Notes: generated from the letters alone by a model not told the origin. A stretch of DNA of 64,000 nucleotides from an uncultured Gammaproteobacteria bacterium (GCA_964408775.1 CAYPAP010000002.1:129109-193108); one strand, 5' to 3'; numbered from the stretch's first letter, positions 28,869 through 37,715 are shown. Program-made: numbers and translations.

Positions 28869-29516
28869 ATGGAATTTGATAAGAACAAAAGTTATTCGAT
28901 CAATGAGGCTGTTGAATTGTGCAAAAAGTTAAACAAAGTTAAATTTGACCCCTCAATTGAAGTTCATTTTAGCTTAGGAATTGACCCCAAAAAAGGAGAT
29001 CAACAAGTTCGATCAGCTGTAAGCTTGCCACATGGGACAGGAAAAACAATTAGAGTAGCAGCTTTTGTTTCTCCCGACAAAGTTGAAGAGGTAAAAAAAG
29101 CTGGGGCGGATTTAGTTGGAGGAGAAGATTTAATAGAGGAAATCAAAAAAACTGAAAAAACTGATTTCCAAATAGCAATTGCTGATATGGATATGATGAA
29201 AAATCTGTCTAAAATCGCTAAAATATTAGGTACTAGAGGTCTAATGCCCTCACCCAAGAATGAAACAGTCACCAACAACCCTGTTAAGGCCGTAGAAGAG
29301 CTTAAAAAGGGCAAAATTAGCTTTAAAAACGACGACACAGGCAATGTTCACTCTATTATCGGAAAAGCCAGTTTTGATACTCAAAAACTAGTAGAAAACC
29401 TAAATTCAATAATAGACGCTATTAAGAAGGCTAAGCCAAACTCATCTAAGGGTATCTACATTAAAAAGCTAAGTATTAGCTCAACTATGGGTCCAGGCAT
29501 CAAAATATCTATTTAA
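28869..29516 (+). CDS. rplA: Ribosomal protein L1 (short N-terminus)
   Basis: DPKKGDQQVRSAVSLPHGTGKTIRVAAF and GTRGLMPSPK. It starts at the position equivalent to residue ~15 of canonical L1. Confidence 0.9.
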   Translation: MEFDKNKSYSINEAVELCKKLNKVKFDPSIEVHFSLGIDPKKGDQQVRSAVSLPHGTGKTIRVAAFVSPDKVEEVKKAGADLVGGEDLIEEIKKTEKTDFQIAIADMDMMKNLSKIAKILGTRGLMPSPKNETVTNNPVKAVEELKKGKISFKNDDTGNVHSIIGKASFDTQKLVENLNSIIDAIKKAKPNSSKGIYIKKLSISSTMGPGIKISI

Positions 29517-29535
29517 ATTTTGACGATACAAAACT

Positions 29536-29561
29536 AAAAAAGAGCTTTATAGCTCTTTTTT
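29536..29561. terminator. Bidirectional hairpin terminator (rplA / uppP convergent)
   Basis: aaaaAAGAGCT ttat AGCTCTTttttt. Confidence 0.75.
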
Positions 29562-29581
29562 GTTATAATTTAATTAAAGGT

Positions 29582-30421
29582 TTAAGTATATAAAAATAAA
29601 AATATAGCAACCCCCAAAATGATGCGGTACCAAGCAAAAATTCTGAAATCATTTTTCTTAATAAATTTTAATAAAAACTTGATACTAATCCAGGCCACAA
29701 TAAAAGAAAAAATAAAGCCAATTATTAGGAAAATTAAATCATTAAAATTAAAAACAAAACCAGTTTTAATTAAGTCCAAAGAAGAAGCTGCCAACATAGT
29801 CGGGATGGCCAATAGAAAGGAAAACTCTACTATTGCCAAGCGACCAATACCTAAGGATAAACCGCCTAAAATAGTCGCCGCTGAACGAGAAACACCCGGG
29901 ACAATAGCCAGAGCCTGAAAAACACCTATCAAAAAACACTGGAAATAAGAGATGTCTTTAATATCATTAACCTCCTCCTTTTCTAATTCTACTTTTTGTT
30001 CGTCGTTAAGCCCCTCCTTAATATTTGTCACTAACTGCTTCTTGTGTTTATACCTCTTCTCTAATAGTAACATTACCACTCCTCCTAAAAATAAAGCTAG
30101 AGCAATAATTTCAAGACTCTCTTGTAAAAAATTTTTTACTACTTTATAAAAAATAAGTCCTAAAATAGCAGTAGGAATGAAGGCCGTAATTATCTTCTTG
30201 ATATTATCCCAGCTAGACCAAATTTTCTTCCAATATAAAACAATCACCGCCAAAATAGAAGCGAATTGAATTATAATAATAAAACTCTTAATAAACTCAG
30301 TAAAGTCTAGTTTTAATAAATTAACGCTCAAAATTAAGTGAGCGGTAGAAGATACGGGAAGAAATTCAGTAAATCCCTGAACGATCCCCAAGACGATGCT
30401 TTTTAAAAAATATATAATCAT
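29582..30421 (-). CDS. uppP: Undecaprenyl-diphosphate phosphatase
   Basis: GIVQGFTEFLPVSSTAHL; polytopic. The start overlaps the upstream stop in ATGA. Confidence 0.9.
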   Translation of the reverse strand: MIIYFLKSIVLGIVQGFTEFLPVSSTAHLILSVNLLKLDFTEFIKSFIIIIQFASILAVIVLYWKKIWSSWDNIKKIITAFIPTAILGLIFYKVVKNFLQESLEIIALALFLGGVVMLLLEKRYKHKKQLVTNIKEGLNDEQKVELEKEEVNDIKDISYFQCFLIGVFQALAIVPGVSRSAATILGGLSLGIGRLAIVEFSFLLAIPTMLAASSLDLIKTGFVFNFNDLIFLIIGFIFSFIVAWISIKFLLKFIKKNDFRIFAWYRIILGVAIFLFLYT

Positions 30422-32937
30422 AAACTTCTCCTGGCTATTTCTTGCATAATAATATTTCTATCTTGACCATACTTATAGCGACTAAGCTGTCGTATATTTT
30501 TAGCCATCCCCTCTCGGTAATCACCCATAAGTGGCCAAACTGTCTGTAGAGAAAAAGGGCGAACACCTTGTCCGTCCACTAATAATTTAGCAAAACCACC
30601 TCGACCAACATTAACCAAGTCGTACTCATTAAAAACCGGTCCAAACTCCTTAACTAAAAACTCGGCATCTTCTGATCCCACTCTAAAACTAACTGTAGTT
30701 CCCACGTTGCCAAAAACAGCATCTTTAATTTGTGTATCTTGATTTTTGCTTAACTGGCCGATGTATTGATGAGCGATATTTAAACACAGGGCGTATTTTC
30801 GAGCCTCAGATAAAATTTGACAAATAGAATTAGTAGTAAAATTTTGAAACTCATCAATATATAAATAAAAATCCTTTCTCTGTTCCTGTGGAATGTCGGT
30901 ACGAGAAAGAGCTGACATTAATATTTTTCCCACAATAATCATACCCAATAAATAAGCATTGGTCTCGCCAATAGAACCCTTGGGTAAATCAACCATAATA
31001 ATTTTTTGATTATCCATTAGATCACGAAAGTTAAAAGCACTTTTCTGTTGCCCAATAATTGGCATCATCATATCATTTGATATAAAAGGTGTTAATTTAG
31101 AAGTGATATATGGGACCATATTGGCTAAAGCCGCCTCTCCCCCAGCCTTCTCAGCCTCTTTTTGCCAAAAATCTACTACCGTTTTATTCTTACATAAATT
31201 TAATTTCATGCGCCTAAAATCTTCATCGGCCAAAACCTTGGACACCTCCATTAAAGTAGAACCAGTTTCAGGACTGTCCATTATTAATAACAAAGCATTA
31301 CGCATATACTGTTCAAACATCGGACCACCAGTGGCTTTTAGGTCATATAATTTATCAAAGATACCAATCATTTCATTGATAACAAAAGTTTTTTGTTCTG
31401 GATAACGGGGATCATATTCAAGTAAATTTAAGCCAATGGGTCGCTTAATATCAGCCGGAGAAAAGACGATAACATCTTCGGCGCGCTCTGGCGGAATACG
31501 ATTTAAAATGTCTTCTATTAAATCACCGTTAGGATCCATAACGCAAACTCCGTGACCGTTCTGGATATCTTGAATAGCCATATTATTTAAAAGGACGGAT
31601 TTACCAGTACCAGATTTACCCACAATATACATATGTCGACGCCGGTCAACTGACTTAAGTCTTATTTCAGTTTTAGATCCCCTGAAAATATTATAACCCA
31701 ATAAAACACCTTCTTTAGGAATATTGTTGGGCGCTGGAGCTGTTTTTGAAGTTAACCAATCGATATTTGGTGTTTCAGTGTGAGAAAAAGGAAAATGATA
31801 CATACTAACCAGCTCCTGGGTGTTCAATAAAAAACCCTGTCTTTCAATGAAACGACGATAAATAAAATTTTCTATTGTTTTTGTTTGATTTTTTTTGTTA
31901 ATTCTCTTAAAAGAGTTTCCATACTGATAATAACTATATTCACTAAAAGCACTGGAAATATTTTCAAAATACATTTTAGCTTTTTCTTGATTTTTAGAGC
32001 TGACTACTAATCTAAGATTAACATCTAGGCCCGACTTAGAATTTTTTTCTTCCATTTTTTTAAGCATCTCTCTTTCTTTTTCGGTTAATTCCTTAGAATC
32101 CTTTTTATCTAATTCATTTTTTTCATCGGGTTTTTTAGTATTAAAAATTCCCAGAAAAATATCATAAACAATAAAATTAACTAAATTACTAAAAGTTGAG
32201 CTACTAATTCTAAATATTCCGCTGACATCCTTTTCTTTATAGGCATCCAGAACTGCTCTTTTTAGTTTAGCGTGCCAAACCTTCTTAGCGCTTCTAACCA
32301 CATATTGAATTGCAATGCTATCCTCATCCTCTAATTTAGACATTACATTTATTAAAGAATTCATAGGATCATACTCCATATCAGTGTAATCCAAAAACGG
32401 AAAAATAAAACTTCTTTTGGCTTTCAAATATCCAGCTAAAACCAATCCTTGAGAACTAAAAGTATTATAATCCTCTACCACCTCAATAGAGGCTTCGGGA
32501 TAATAGGCGTGAATTTGTTGCTCCAGATAAAGACTCCTAGCCTCCGGAGCGCTAACATAAAAAGATATTTTACTTTTATTAGCCACTATTTCAAAAGAAA
32601 AATTATCAGTTCGGCCAAAAAACCAGGCTCGAAAACCTCTTTGAGCTCGCATTCCCCCAATGCTAGAAAAAACTGTTTCACCCTTAGCAATTTCCTCTCT
32701 TAATTGCTGGACACTAGATTCTTTATCTTTATCCCCAGGCTTTTCCTTGGGAAGCTTAACAATAAATAAAACATTTTTACTACTCTTGTCTCTAACTGAG
32801 AAATACTTAAAAAAATATCTAGCTATAAATAAAACTGCTAATAAAAAAAGGATAAATATTATCCAATACAAATAATTCAAATTACTTTGAACTACGGCTT
32901 CTCCGCTTGCTACAAATTGAGTGCCTAAATTATCCAT
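30418..32937 (-). CDS. Membrane-anchored P-loop ATPase of the TraD/TraG/VirD4 (type IV coupling protein-like, FtsK/HerA superfamily) type
   Basis: One N-terminal TM (YLYWIIFILFLLAVLFIARYFF), an ~380-aa unknown domain, Walker A YIVGKSGTGKSVLL, Walker B DFYLYIDEFQNF, and a distal LNIAHQYIGQL motif as in coupling proteins. Confidence 0.7.
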   Translation of the reverse strand: MDNLGTQFVASGEAVVQSNLNYLYWIIFILFLLAVLFIARYFFKYFSVRDKSSKNVLFIVKLPKEKPGDKDKESSVQQLREEIAKGETVFSSIGGMRAQRGFRAWFFGRTDNFSFEIVANKSKISFYVSAPEARSLYLEQQIHAYYPEASIEVVEDYNTFSSQGLVLAGYLKAKRSFIFPFLDYTDMEYDPMNSLINVMSKLEDEDSIAIQYVVRSAKKVWHAKLKRAVLDAYKEKDVSGIFRISSSTFSNLVNFIVYDIFLGIFNTKKPDEKNELDKKDSKELTEKEREMLKKMEEKNSKSGLDVNLRLVVSSKNQEKAKMYFENISSAFSEYSYYQYGNSFKRINKKNQTKTIENFIYRRFIERQGFLLNTQELVSMYHFPFSHTETPNIDWLTSKTAPAPNNIPKEGVLLGYNIFRGSKTEIRLKSVDRRRHMYIVGKSGTGKSVLLNNMAIQDIQNGHGVCVMDPNGDLIEDILNRIPPERAEDVIVFSPADIKRPIGLNLLEYDPRYPEQKTFVINEMIGIFDKLYDLKATGGPMFEQYMRNALLLIMDSPETGSTLMEVSKVLADEDFRRMKLNLCKNKTVVDFWQKEAEKAGGEAALANMVPYITSKLTPFISNDMMMPIIGQQKSAFNFRDLMDNQKIIMVDLPKGSIGETNAYLLGMIIVGKILMSALSRTDIPQEQRKDFYLYIDEFQNFTTNSICQILSEARKYALCLNIAHQYIGQLSKNQDTQIKDAVFGNVGTTVSFRVGSEDAEFLVKEFGPVFNEYDLVNVGRGGFAKLLVDGQGVRPFSLQTVWPLMGDYREGMAKNIRQLSRYKYGQDRNIIMQEIARRSL

Positions 32938-32940
32938 AAA

Positions 32941-33450
32941 TTATTTTTTTAATTTAACTATTTTGTCGGCTTTAATTTTAGCTTCTTGTTCTAAAAAATA
33001 GGGATTAACCTTAGGAATTATTTTAAGCCATTTTTTAATAAGACTAATTATATTTTTTATCTTAACTTTAGTTTTTGATAATAGCTCATTTATTTTTAAA
33101 GCTGTTTTTTCTCCTTCTTCCTTAAATCTAACCTGATCATCCTGGCTTAAACTCAAAAAAACATCATCTAGTCCTTCAGATAATATTTGATCAATTTGCT
33201 TTTGTCTCTCAGCATCAGGAGTAGAGATGGATAATTTCGATTTTTTACTTACCGGCTTAGCTGCCTCCCCGCTTTTCTCCAGGGGCTTAAATTCCTCTCC
33301 GCTTTTCTCCACCGATCTACTTTCTTTCTCCGGAGATCTTTCCACAGCTGATTCTCCTTTTTCAACTCCAATATCTAACTTTTCGCCAGAATGCTCAGAA
33401 TCACTCAAAGGACTTTCCTTTTCAAATTTTTTAGTCAAATTTTGAGACAT
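32941..33450 (-). CDS. Acidic protein with EKSGE-type repeats and a helical C-terminus
   Basis: VEKGESAVERSPEKESRSVEKSGEEFKPLEKSGEAAKP. The DNA repeat cctc(c/t)ccgcttttctcca occurs twice, 31 nt apart, near 33263 and 33294. It lies 3 nt upstream of the ATPase gene. Confidence 0.5.
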   Translation of the reverse strand: MSQNLTKKFEKESPLSDSEHSGEKLDIGVEKGESAVERSPEKESRSVEKSGEEFKPLEKSGEAAKPVSKKSKLSISTPDAERQKQIDQILSEGLDDVFLSLSQDDQVRFKEEGEKTALKINELLSKTKVKIKNIISLIKKWLKIIPKVNPYFLEQEAKIKADKIVKLKK

Positions 33451-33455
33451 ATTAT

Positions 33456-33632
33456 TTAATTAACACTAATAGCCTCCACAGGACAACTATTAGAAGCATT
33501 TCGAGCACAATCCACATCTTGCTGACTAATAACCTCTGATTTTCCAGCGGAGTTAATCTTGAAAACTTTGGGGCACATATTAACGCACATACCACAGCCA
33601 ATACACTTATTTTGATCAACTTTAATAGCCAT
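33456..33632 (-). CDS. Small single-cluster [4Fe-4S]/[3Fe-4S] ferredoxin (58 aa), not in the ORF track
   Basis: Hand translation of the minus strand gives MAIKVDQNKCIGCGMCVNMCPKVFKINSAGKSEVISQQDVDCARNASNSCPVEAISVN*. It has C-x2-C-x2-C-x3-CP plus a distal CP, as in Thermotoga/Pyrococcus-type ferredoxins. Confidence 0.75.
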   Translation of the reverse strand: MAIKVDQNKCIGCGMCVNMCPKVFKINSAGKSEVISQQDVDCARNASNSCPVEAISVN

Positions 33633-33706
33633 AAAATAAGAAAAATTATAACCAATTAAGCTCTAAATGATTATAAATTTAATATTAATTTAATAAATAT
33701 AATTAA

Positions 33707-33735
33707 ATTATACTATATTTTAAAACGTTTGACAA
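33707..33735 (-). promoter_or_regulatory. Promoter of the ferredoxin-ATPase-uppP operon
   Basis: Minus strand: TTGTCA (33735-33730), 17 nt, TATAAT (33712-33707). Its -35 overlaps the -35 of the divergent rpmA promoter. Confidence 0.5.
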
Positions 33736-33757
33736 GTAATTATAACTTTGTTATATT
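33729..33757 (+). promoter_or_regulatory. Promoter of rpmA
   Basis: TTGACA (33729-33734), 17 nt, TATATT (33752-33757). Confidence 0.55.
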
Positions 33758-33842
33758 GTATTAGTATAAAAAATATAAATAATTAATAAAGCTATTTTAA
33801 CCTATAAAACAATTGATTTTAAAGTAGTTTTAAAAAAATAAT

Positions 33843-34121
33843 ATGGCAACCAAGAAATCGGGTGGATCTACCTCGTTGGGGCGCGATTCCAAAAGCAAGC
33901 GCCTAGGAGTGAAGCTATCTGACGGACAAAAAGCTAAAACCGGAGCTATTATTATTCGTCAAAGAGGGACCAAATATCACCCAGGAGAAAATGTTAAAAA
34001 AGGTAAAGATGATACCCTGTTTGCTGTTAGTGGTGGAACTGTTAAGTTTAAAACTAAAAAACTTTTAAAATTTGACGGAAGATTAGTAAAGAGTAAAATC
34101 GTCAATGTAATGAAAGATTAA
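33843..34121 (+). CDS. rpmA: Ribosomal protein L27
   Basis: [24 protein letters not shown]...[16 protein letters not shown]...DDTLFA. No rplU gene upstream. Confidence 0.9.
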   Translation: MATKKSGGSTSLGRDSKSKRLGVKLSDGQKAKTGAIIIRQRGTKYHPGENVKKGKDDTLFAVSGGTVKFKTKKLLKFDGRLVKSKIVNVMKD

Positions 34122-34165
34122 TCCTTTCAATTATTTTGACCAAATATTTTACTACAAAATATCAT

Positions 34166-34196
34166 AAAAAAATCGGATTTCATGATCCGATTTTTT
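34166..34196. terminator. Hairpin terminator after rpmA
   Basis: aaaaaAATCGGAT ttcatg ATCCGATTtttt. Confidence 0.75.
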
Positions 34197-34203
34197 GTTT
34201 TAT

Positions 34204-34245
34204 AATAAAAATAAAAAATCCCACCGCTTGAAGCTAAATGGGATT
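34204..34245 (-). terminator. Terminator of the GC-rich beta-barrel-like gene
   Basis: Minus strand: AATCCCA, a 15-nt loop, TGGGATT, followed by TTTTTTATTTTT. Confidence 0.5.
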
Positions 34246-34272
34246 GTAAGCTCTTTATTGGGATCCCGACCA

Positions 34273-35097
34273 TCACATAGCTGAGAAAAACCCAGCCAAG
34301 TTTAGGGTTAGGAAAAATCCTTCAATGCCCGTCCTTTGGACGTCAAAGAAGTATCCAAACCTGACAACGTCGGTCCGAATTAGATTGGAGGAAATTGTTC
34401 CTCCGATCTTGATAACCGGCTCTATGCGGGTCATCTGCCCAATTTCTGCTCCCACCAAAGGTGAGAAATGAAACTCGGGCATGAAATGCATCGCGTAAAG
34501 AGACAAATCAGCCGAAGCAAAGAAATATTGCTTCATGCTAAAGCACTGCCCATCCTTAAACCAATTGCCAATTCCATGACCGAGTCCGAACTGAAAATTC
34601 TGTTCGGCCAATAGGGTTAGTTTCGGGAGAATCCTGAACTCGTCTTGGGAGACGACGATTCCTAAAGGAATCTTAAGTCCGGATTGTTTCCGGATCATCT
34701 GGAAGGATGTTGACCCTTCGTATCCAAAATCTTGTTGAGTTCGGTTGTAATAACCAAGACCCAATTTGAATTCGGACGAACCAACGGACTGTCGGAACAT
34801 TAATCCGCCAGCAAATTCCTCGAACGACATAGCCCGGTATTTCTCGGATAAAATATCTCCTGAAATGTAGGATCCGAAGAGCCCAATTTGGGAGTTACTT
34901 AGTCCAAAAAAGATTTGGCCTACGACCCGGTTTTCGGCGAAGGTTCCCACCTTGGCGAAGGTGTCGCACTCTGGCATATAAGCCAGATCATTAACAGTGG
35001 TTTTGCCGCCTATCTCCAGCGACCCTCTTTCGTTCCACTCCTGGGCCAGTGCCAAAAACGGCAGGCACATAAAAGCAACAATAATAATTTTTTTCAT
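34273..35097 (-). CDS. Exported protein with outer-membrane beta-barrel-like sequence character, compositionally atypical (GC-rich)
   Basis: Signal peptide MKKIIIVAFMCLPFLALA|QE. The mature part is rich in G, aromatics and alternating hydrophobic dipeptide patterns (GLGYYNR, FQFGLGHGIGNWF, VRFGYFFDV). No family recognised. Confidence 0.55.
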   Translation of the reverse strand: MKKIIIVAFMCLPFLALAQEWNERGSLEIGGKTTVNDLAYMPECDTFAKVGTFAENRVVGQIFFGLSNSQIGLFGSYISGDILSEKYRAMSFEEFAGGLMFRQSVGSSEFKLGLGYYNRTQQDFGYEGSTSFQMIRKQSGLKIPLGIVVSQDEFRILPKLTLLAEQNFQFGLGHGIGNWFKDGQCFSMKQYFFASADLSLYAMHFMPEFHFSPLVGAEIGQMTRIEPVIKIGGTISSNLIRTDVVRFGYFFDVQRTGIEGFFLTLNLAGFFSAM

Positions 35098-35150
35098 GAT
35101 TACTACCCCTTTTTGAGGGGCCTCCTTATATTGGTTTATAATTTACTTAA

Positions 35151-35206
35151 TTGTCATTCCAGCACAAACTGCAATCACTAGTTTCCAGCCTTCGCTGGAA
35201 TGACAA
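35151..35206. repeat. Nested palindrome: 13-bp perfect inverted repeat with an internal competing 7-bp hairpin
   Basis: TTGTCATTCCAGC (35151-35163) pairs with GCTGGAATGACAA (35194-35206). The inner TTCCAGC (35183-35189), then cttc, pairs with GCTGGAA (35194-35200). Confidence 0.85.
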
Positions 35207-35292
35207 GAGAGCAAGAAAGAACCACAGAGAGATTATTAAGCTTTCAAAGAACTAACAGTCTATATTACCATATTAAAATCAAAACGTCAATA

Positions 35293-36228
35293 CTAATCAT
35301 TAAATAAATTATCAATACTACCAGAACCCTCTATATGCTTGTAATCCTCAATTCCCTTTTGGGGTTCGGAATTTTTCTTATAATGATCATTATTCTCAGT
35401 AGTATTACTCGGCTTAGGTTCTTCGGAAAAATCCAAGTTCCCTGCTAACTTTTTCTCCAGGGAAGACTCTGGGACAATTGTATCTTTTTTTATACTGCTC
35501 CCCCTGCCTTCTATATTTTTTTTAAGTAAAACATCCTGAATAGAAACCAAATCCCTATAGTCAGATTTATTTATATTCTTTTTAGGATTATCTTCGGGGT
35601 TTTTACTAAAAAAATTAACATCATATTTTCTTTCGGGAAAAACATAGATATAAGTTAAGCCGAAAAATAAGCTTATGGCTATTATAATTATAATACTATA
35701 AATTAAATTTGGTTTTACTGGATAAGGCGATATTATCGGCTGATCAATAACACTAATTTTAACTAAAGACCCAAGACCATGATATCTCTGATGATCATTT
35801 ATAAGAACATGATTAACTGCTAGAGCAATTTGACCAGCCTGATAACTATCTTGGTGATAAACACTAATTGAAATGATACCCGAGTCCTCTAGTCTCTTGG
35901 CCGAAACTGTTTGCCGCCAGGTTTTCATTTTTTTATCAAAGCTCTGGCCAAAATAATTTTTATCAATATTAAAATCAGAGGCCATTACTGAGTCAAAAAA
36001 GGAATTAGAATAAACCACTTTAGTAAATAAATCAGATAAATATTCAACTGATCTAGAAACAGAAAATGGATCAATTCTCTCCGCTCCTTCTTGAATCACT
36101 AAAATCTTAGACTTAGTTCCGTATTTGAAGTCTTGAAGTAAAACTATAATTAATCCTATCACTAAAAATAATAGAAATAAGGATATTAAAGTCTGTCTTT
36201 TTTTTCTAAATAAGTTTACTAATTCCAT
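35293..36228 (-). CDS. Wzz-like polysaccharide chain-length determinant candidate
   Basis: Two TM helices (residues ~14-31 and ~175-196) bracket a periplasmic-type domain, with a low-complexity tail. Sits in a glycan-gene context. Confidence 0.45.
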   Translation of the reverse strand: MELVNLFRKKRQTLISLFLLFLVIGLIIVLLQDFKYGTKSKILVIQEGAERIDPFSVSRSVEYLSDLFTKVVYSNSFFDSVMASDFNIDKNYFGQSFDKKMKTWRQTVSAKRLEDSGIISISVYHQDSYQAGQIALAVNHVLINDHQRYHGLGSLVKISVIDQPIISPYPVKPNLIYSIIIIIAISLFFGLTYIYVFPERKYDVNFFSKNPEDNPKKNINKSDYRDLVSIQDVLLKKNIEGRGSSIKKDTIVPESSLEKKLAGNLDFSEEPKPSNTTENNDHYKKNSEPQKGIEDYKHIEGSGSIDNLFND

Positions 36229-36232
36229 ATTA

Positions 36233-37600
36233 TTATCTAATAATTAAATCATTTATTTCTAAACTAATACTATAAGTATAAGATGATTCAACTCCGTCAA
36301 CCTTAATATCAACCCTTTCATTAATTTTATCAACCGTAAAACCACCCTCTATTTGATCCTGGGAAAAGGTTCTATTGCGAGAACTGCTTTCAGATAAGTC
36401 TGGCGCTAATAAAACCTTTCTAAAGCGACCAATATCGTCAGCCCTAACTTCATATTTATCTCCATAAAAGCTTATAGCTAAATTTTCACCAGGTAAATAA
36501 CCACCACCACTAACCTCTATTTGAGTTCCACTATCAAAACTAGCTGAGTTTAAGTTTAAAAATAGATTCTCCTTAGGATAAACCTTATGATCCTTCCCGG
36601 CTACAGTGTAACCTAAAACATCTAAGTTAGAGTTCATTACAATAATGCTGGAATTATTAAAAACAACCAGTCTTTCTCCTACAGGTAGAGAAACAGCTTT
36701 CAGTCCCATAGCCCAACCTTGTGAAACGGTTAATGATCCAGTTCTCTTGGATGTTACCACGGACATATCACTTCTTTTTAGCTTAACAACACCTAGACCA
36801 TTAGCAAAGTAAACAAACTCATTACCAGAGGAAACCACATCAAATCCAGGATATCCAAGGTGTTCAAAAAAATTACTCAAAGAACCATTGGTCGCGTTAA
36901 CTTTTTTAACCGAACGATCATCAGCGAAGTAAATACTGTCATCATAAGAATTATAATAAAGAGCTTTGTTATTACGTTCGCCGTAGAAATTAATATTTAA
37001 AGTTTTAGTTACTTTTCTAGCTTGGCGATCAAAGAACTGTATTTCATTTTTATGCTCGTTAATATTAAAAATTAAGTTATTACTACCGCCAGAAGAAATA
37101 TTATAAGGAATCTCATTAAATATTTCATAACTATCAATAACCTGCAAATCATTGTTAAAAATTTTTACACCCTTAGCGCTAATAGTTACAATATTGTCAC
37201 CAAATTTATCAACTCGGCTATACCACTCCCAATAAGTATTTTTAGATTCTTTTATTAAGACAGCGTTGTTAGGCTGAGAAATGTCATATTTATAAATAGT
37301 ATAACCAGAAATAGTGTAGGCGTATAAACGACCATTTTCAATATTCAGTTTAACACTATAAAAACTATCATATCTATGAAAGCGTTTATTGAACGGTTTT
37401 ATAGCTAATTGTTTCTTTAGCCCATCATTTTCCAGGGTAAAGATCTCTAAGCCCTCACTATCAGTTGAAGCTACTATCAAGCGGCTATTATAATTAATAG
37501 CATCACCCGAATAATAGGACTTAACCTGAGTTTGAGCTGGAATAGAATTAATAGCTATAATTGCTATTAACAAAGATAAAAATATTAATATTTTTTTCAT
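36233..37600 (-). CDS. Secreted hypothetical protein (possible beta-propeller)
   Basis: The track start at 37651 is a TTG. The ATG at 37600 gives a clean signal peptide, MKKILIFLSLLIAIIAINSIPA. Repetitive beta-rich sequence. Confidence 0.5.
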   Translation of the reverse strand: MKKILIFLSLLIAIIAINSIPAQTQVKSYYSGDAINYNSRLIVASTDSEGLEIFTLENDGLKKQLAIKPFNKRFHRYDSFYSVKLNIENGRLYAYTISGYTIYKYDISQPNNAVLIKESKNTYWEWYSRVDKFGDNIVTISAKGVKIFNNDLQVIDSYEIFNEIPYNISSGGSNNLIFNINEHKNEIQFFDRQARKVTKTLNINFYGERNNKALYYNSYDDSIYFADDRSVKKVNATNGSLSNFFEHLGYPGFDVVSSGNEFVYFANGLGVVKLKRSDMSVVTSKRTGSLTVSQGWAMGLKAVSLPVGERLVVFNNSSIIVMNSNLDVLGYTVAGKDHKVYPKENLFLNLNSASFDSGTQIEVSGGGYLPGENLAISFYGDKYEVRADDIGRFRKVLLAPDLSESSSRNRTFSQDQIEGGFTVDKINERVDIKVDGVESSYTYSISLEINDLIIR

Positions 37601-37671
37601 ATTGAAATTACTAAAAAGCCAGATTCCATAGGAAAATACTGCCTTTTTCAAGTTTTTAAGTCTAACGAAGT

Positions 37672-37700
37672 ATTATAGCATAAAAAAAATAAAATGTCAA
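37672..37700 (-). promoter_or_regulatory. Promoter of the 36233-37600 gene
   Basis: Minus strand: TTGACA (37700-37695), 17 nt, TATAAT (37677-37672). Confidence 0.6.
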
Positions 37701-37715
37701 TAGCGGATAAAGATG

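Noticed and set aside
33452-33655. 67-aa minus-strand ORF from the track (MVIIFLILWLLKLIKISVLAVVCALICAPKF...)
   Set aside because: It overlaps, in another frame of the same strand, a textbook ferredoxin coding sequence (33456-33632). The 67-aa product is just a hydrophobic read-through of that gene's alternative frame.
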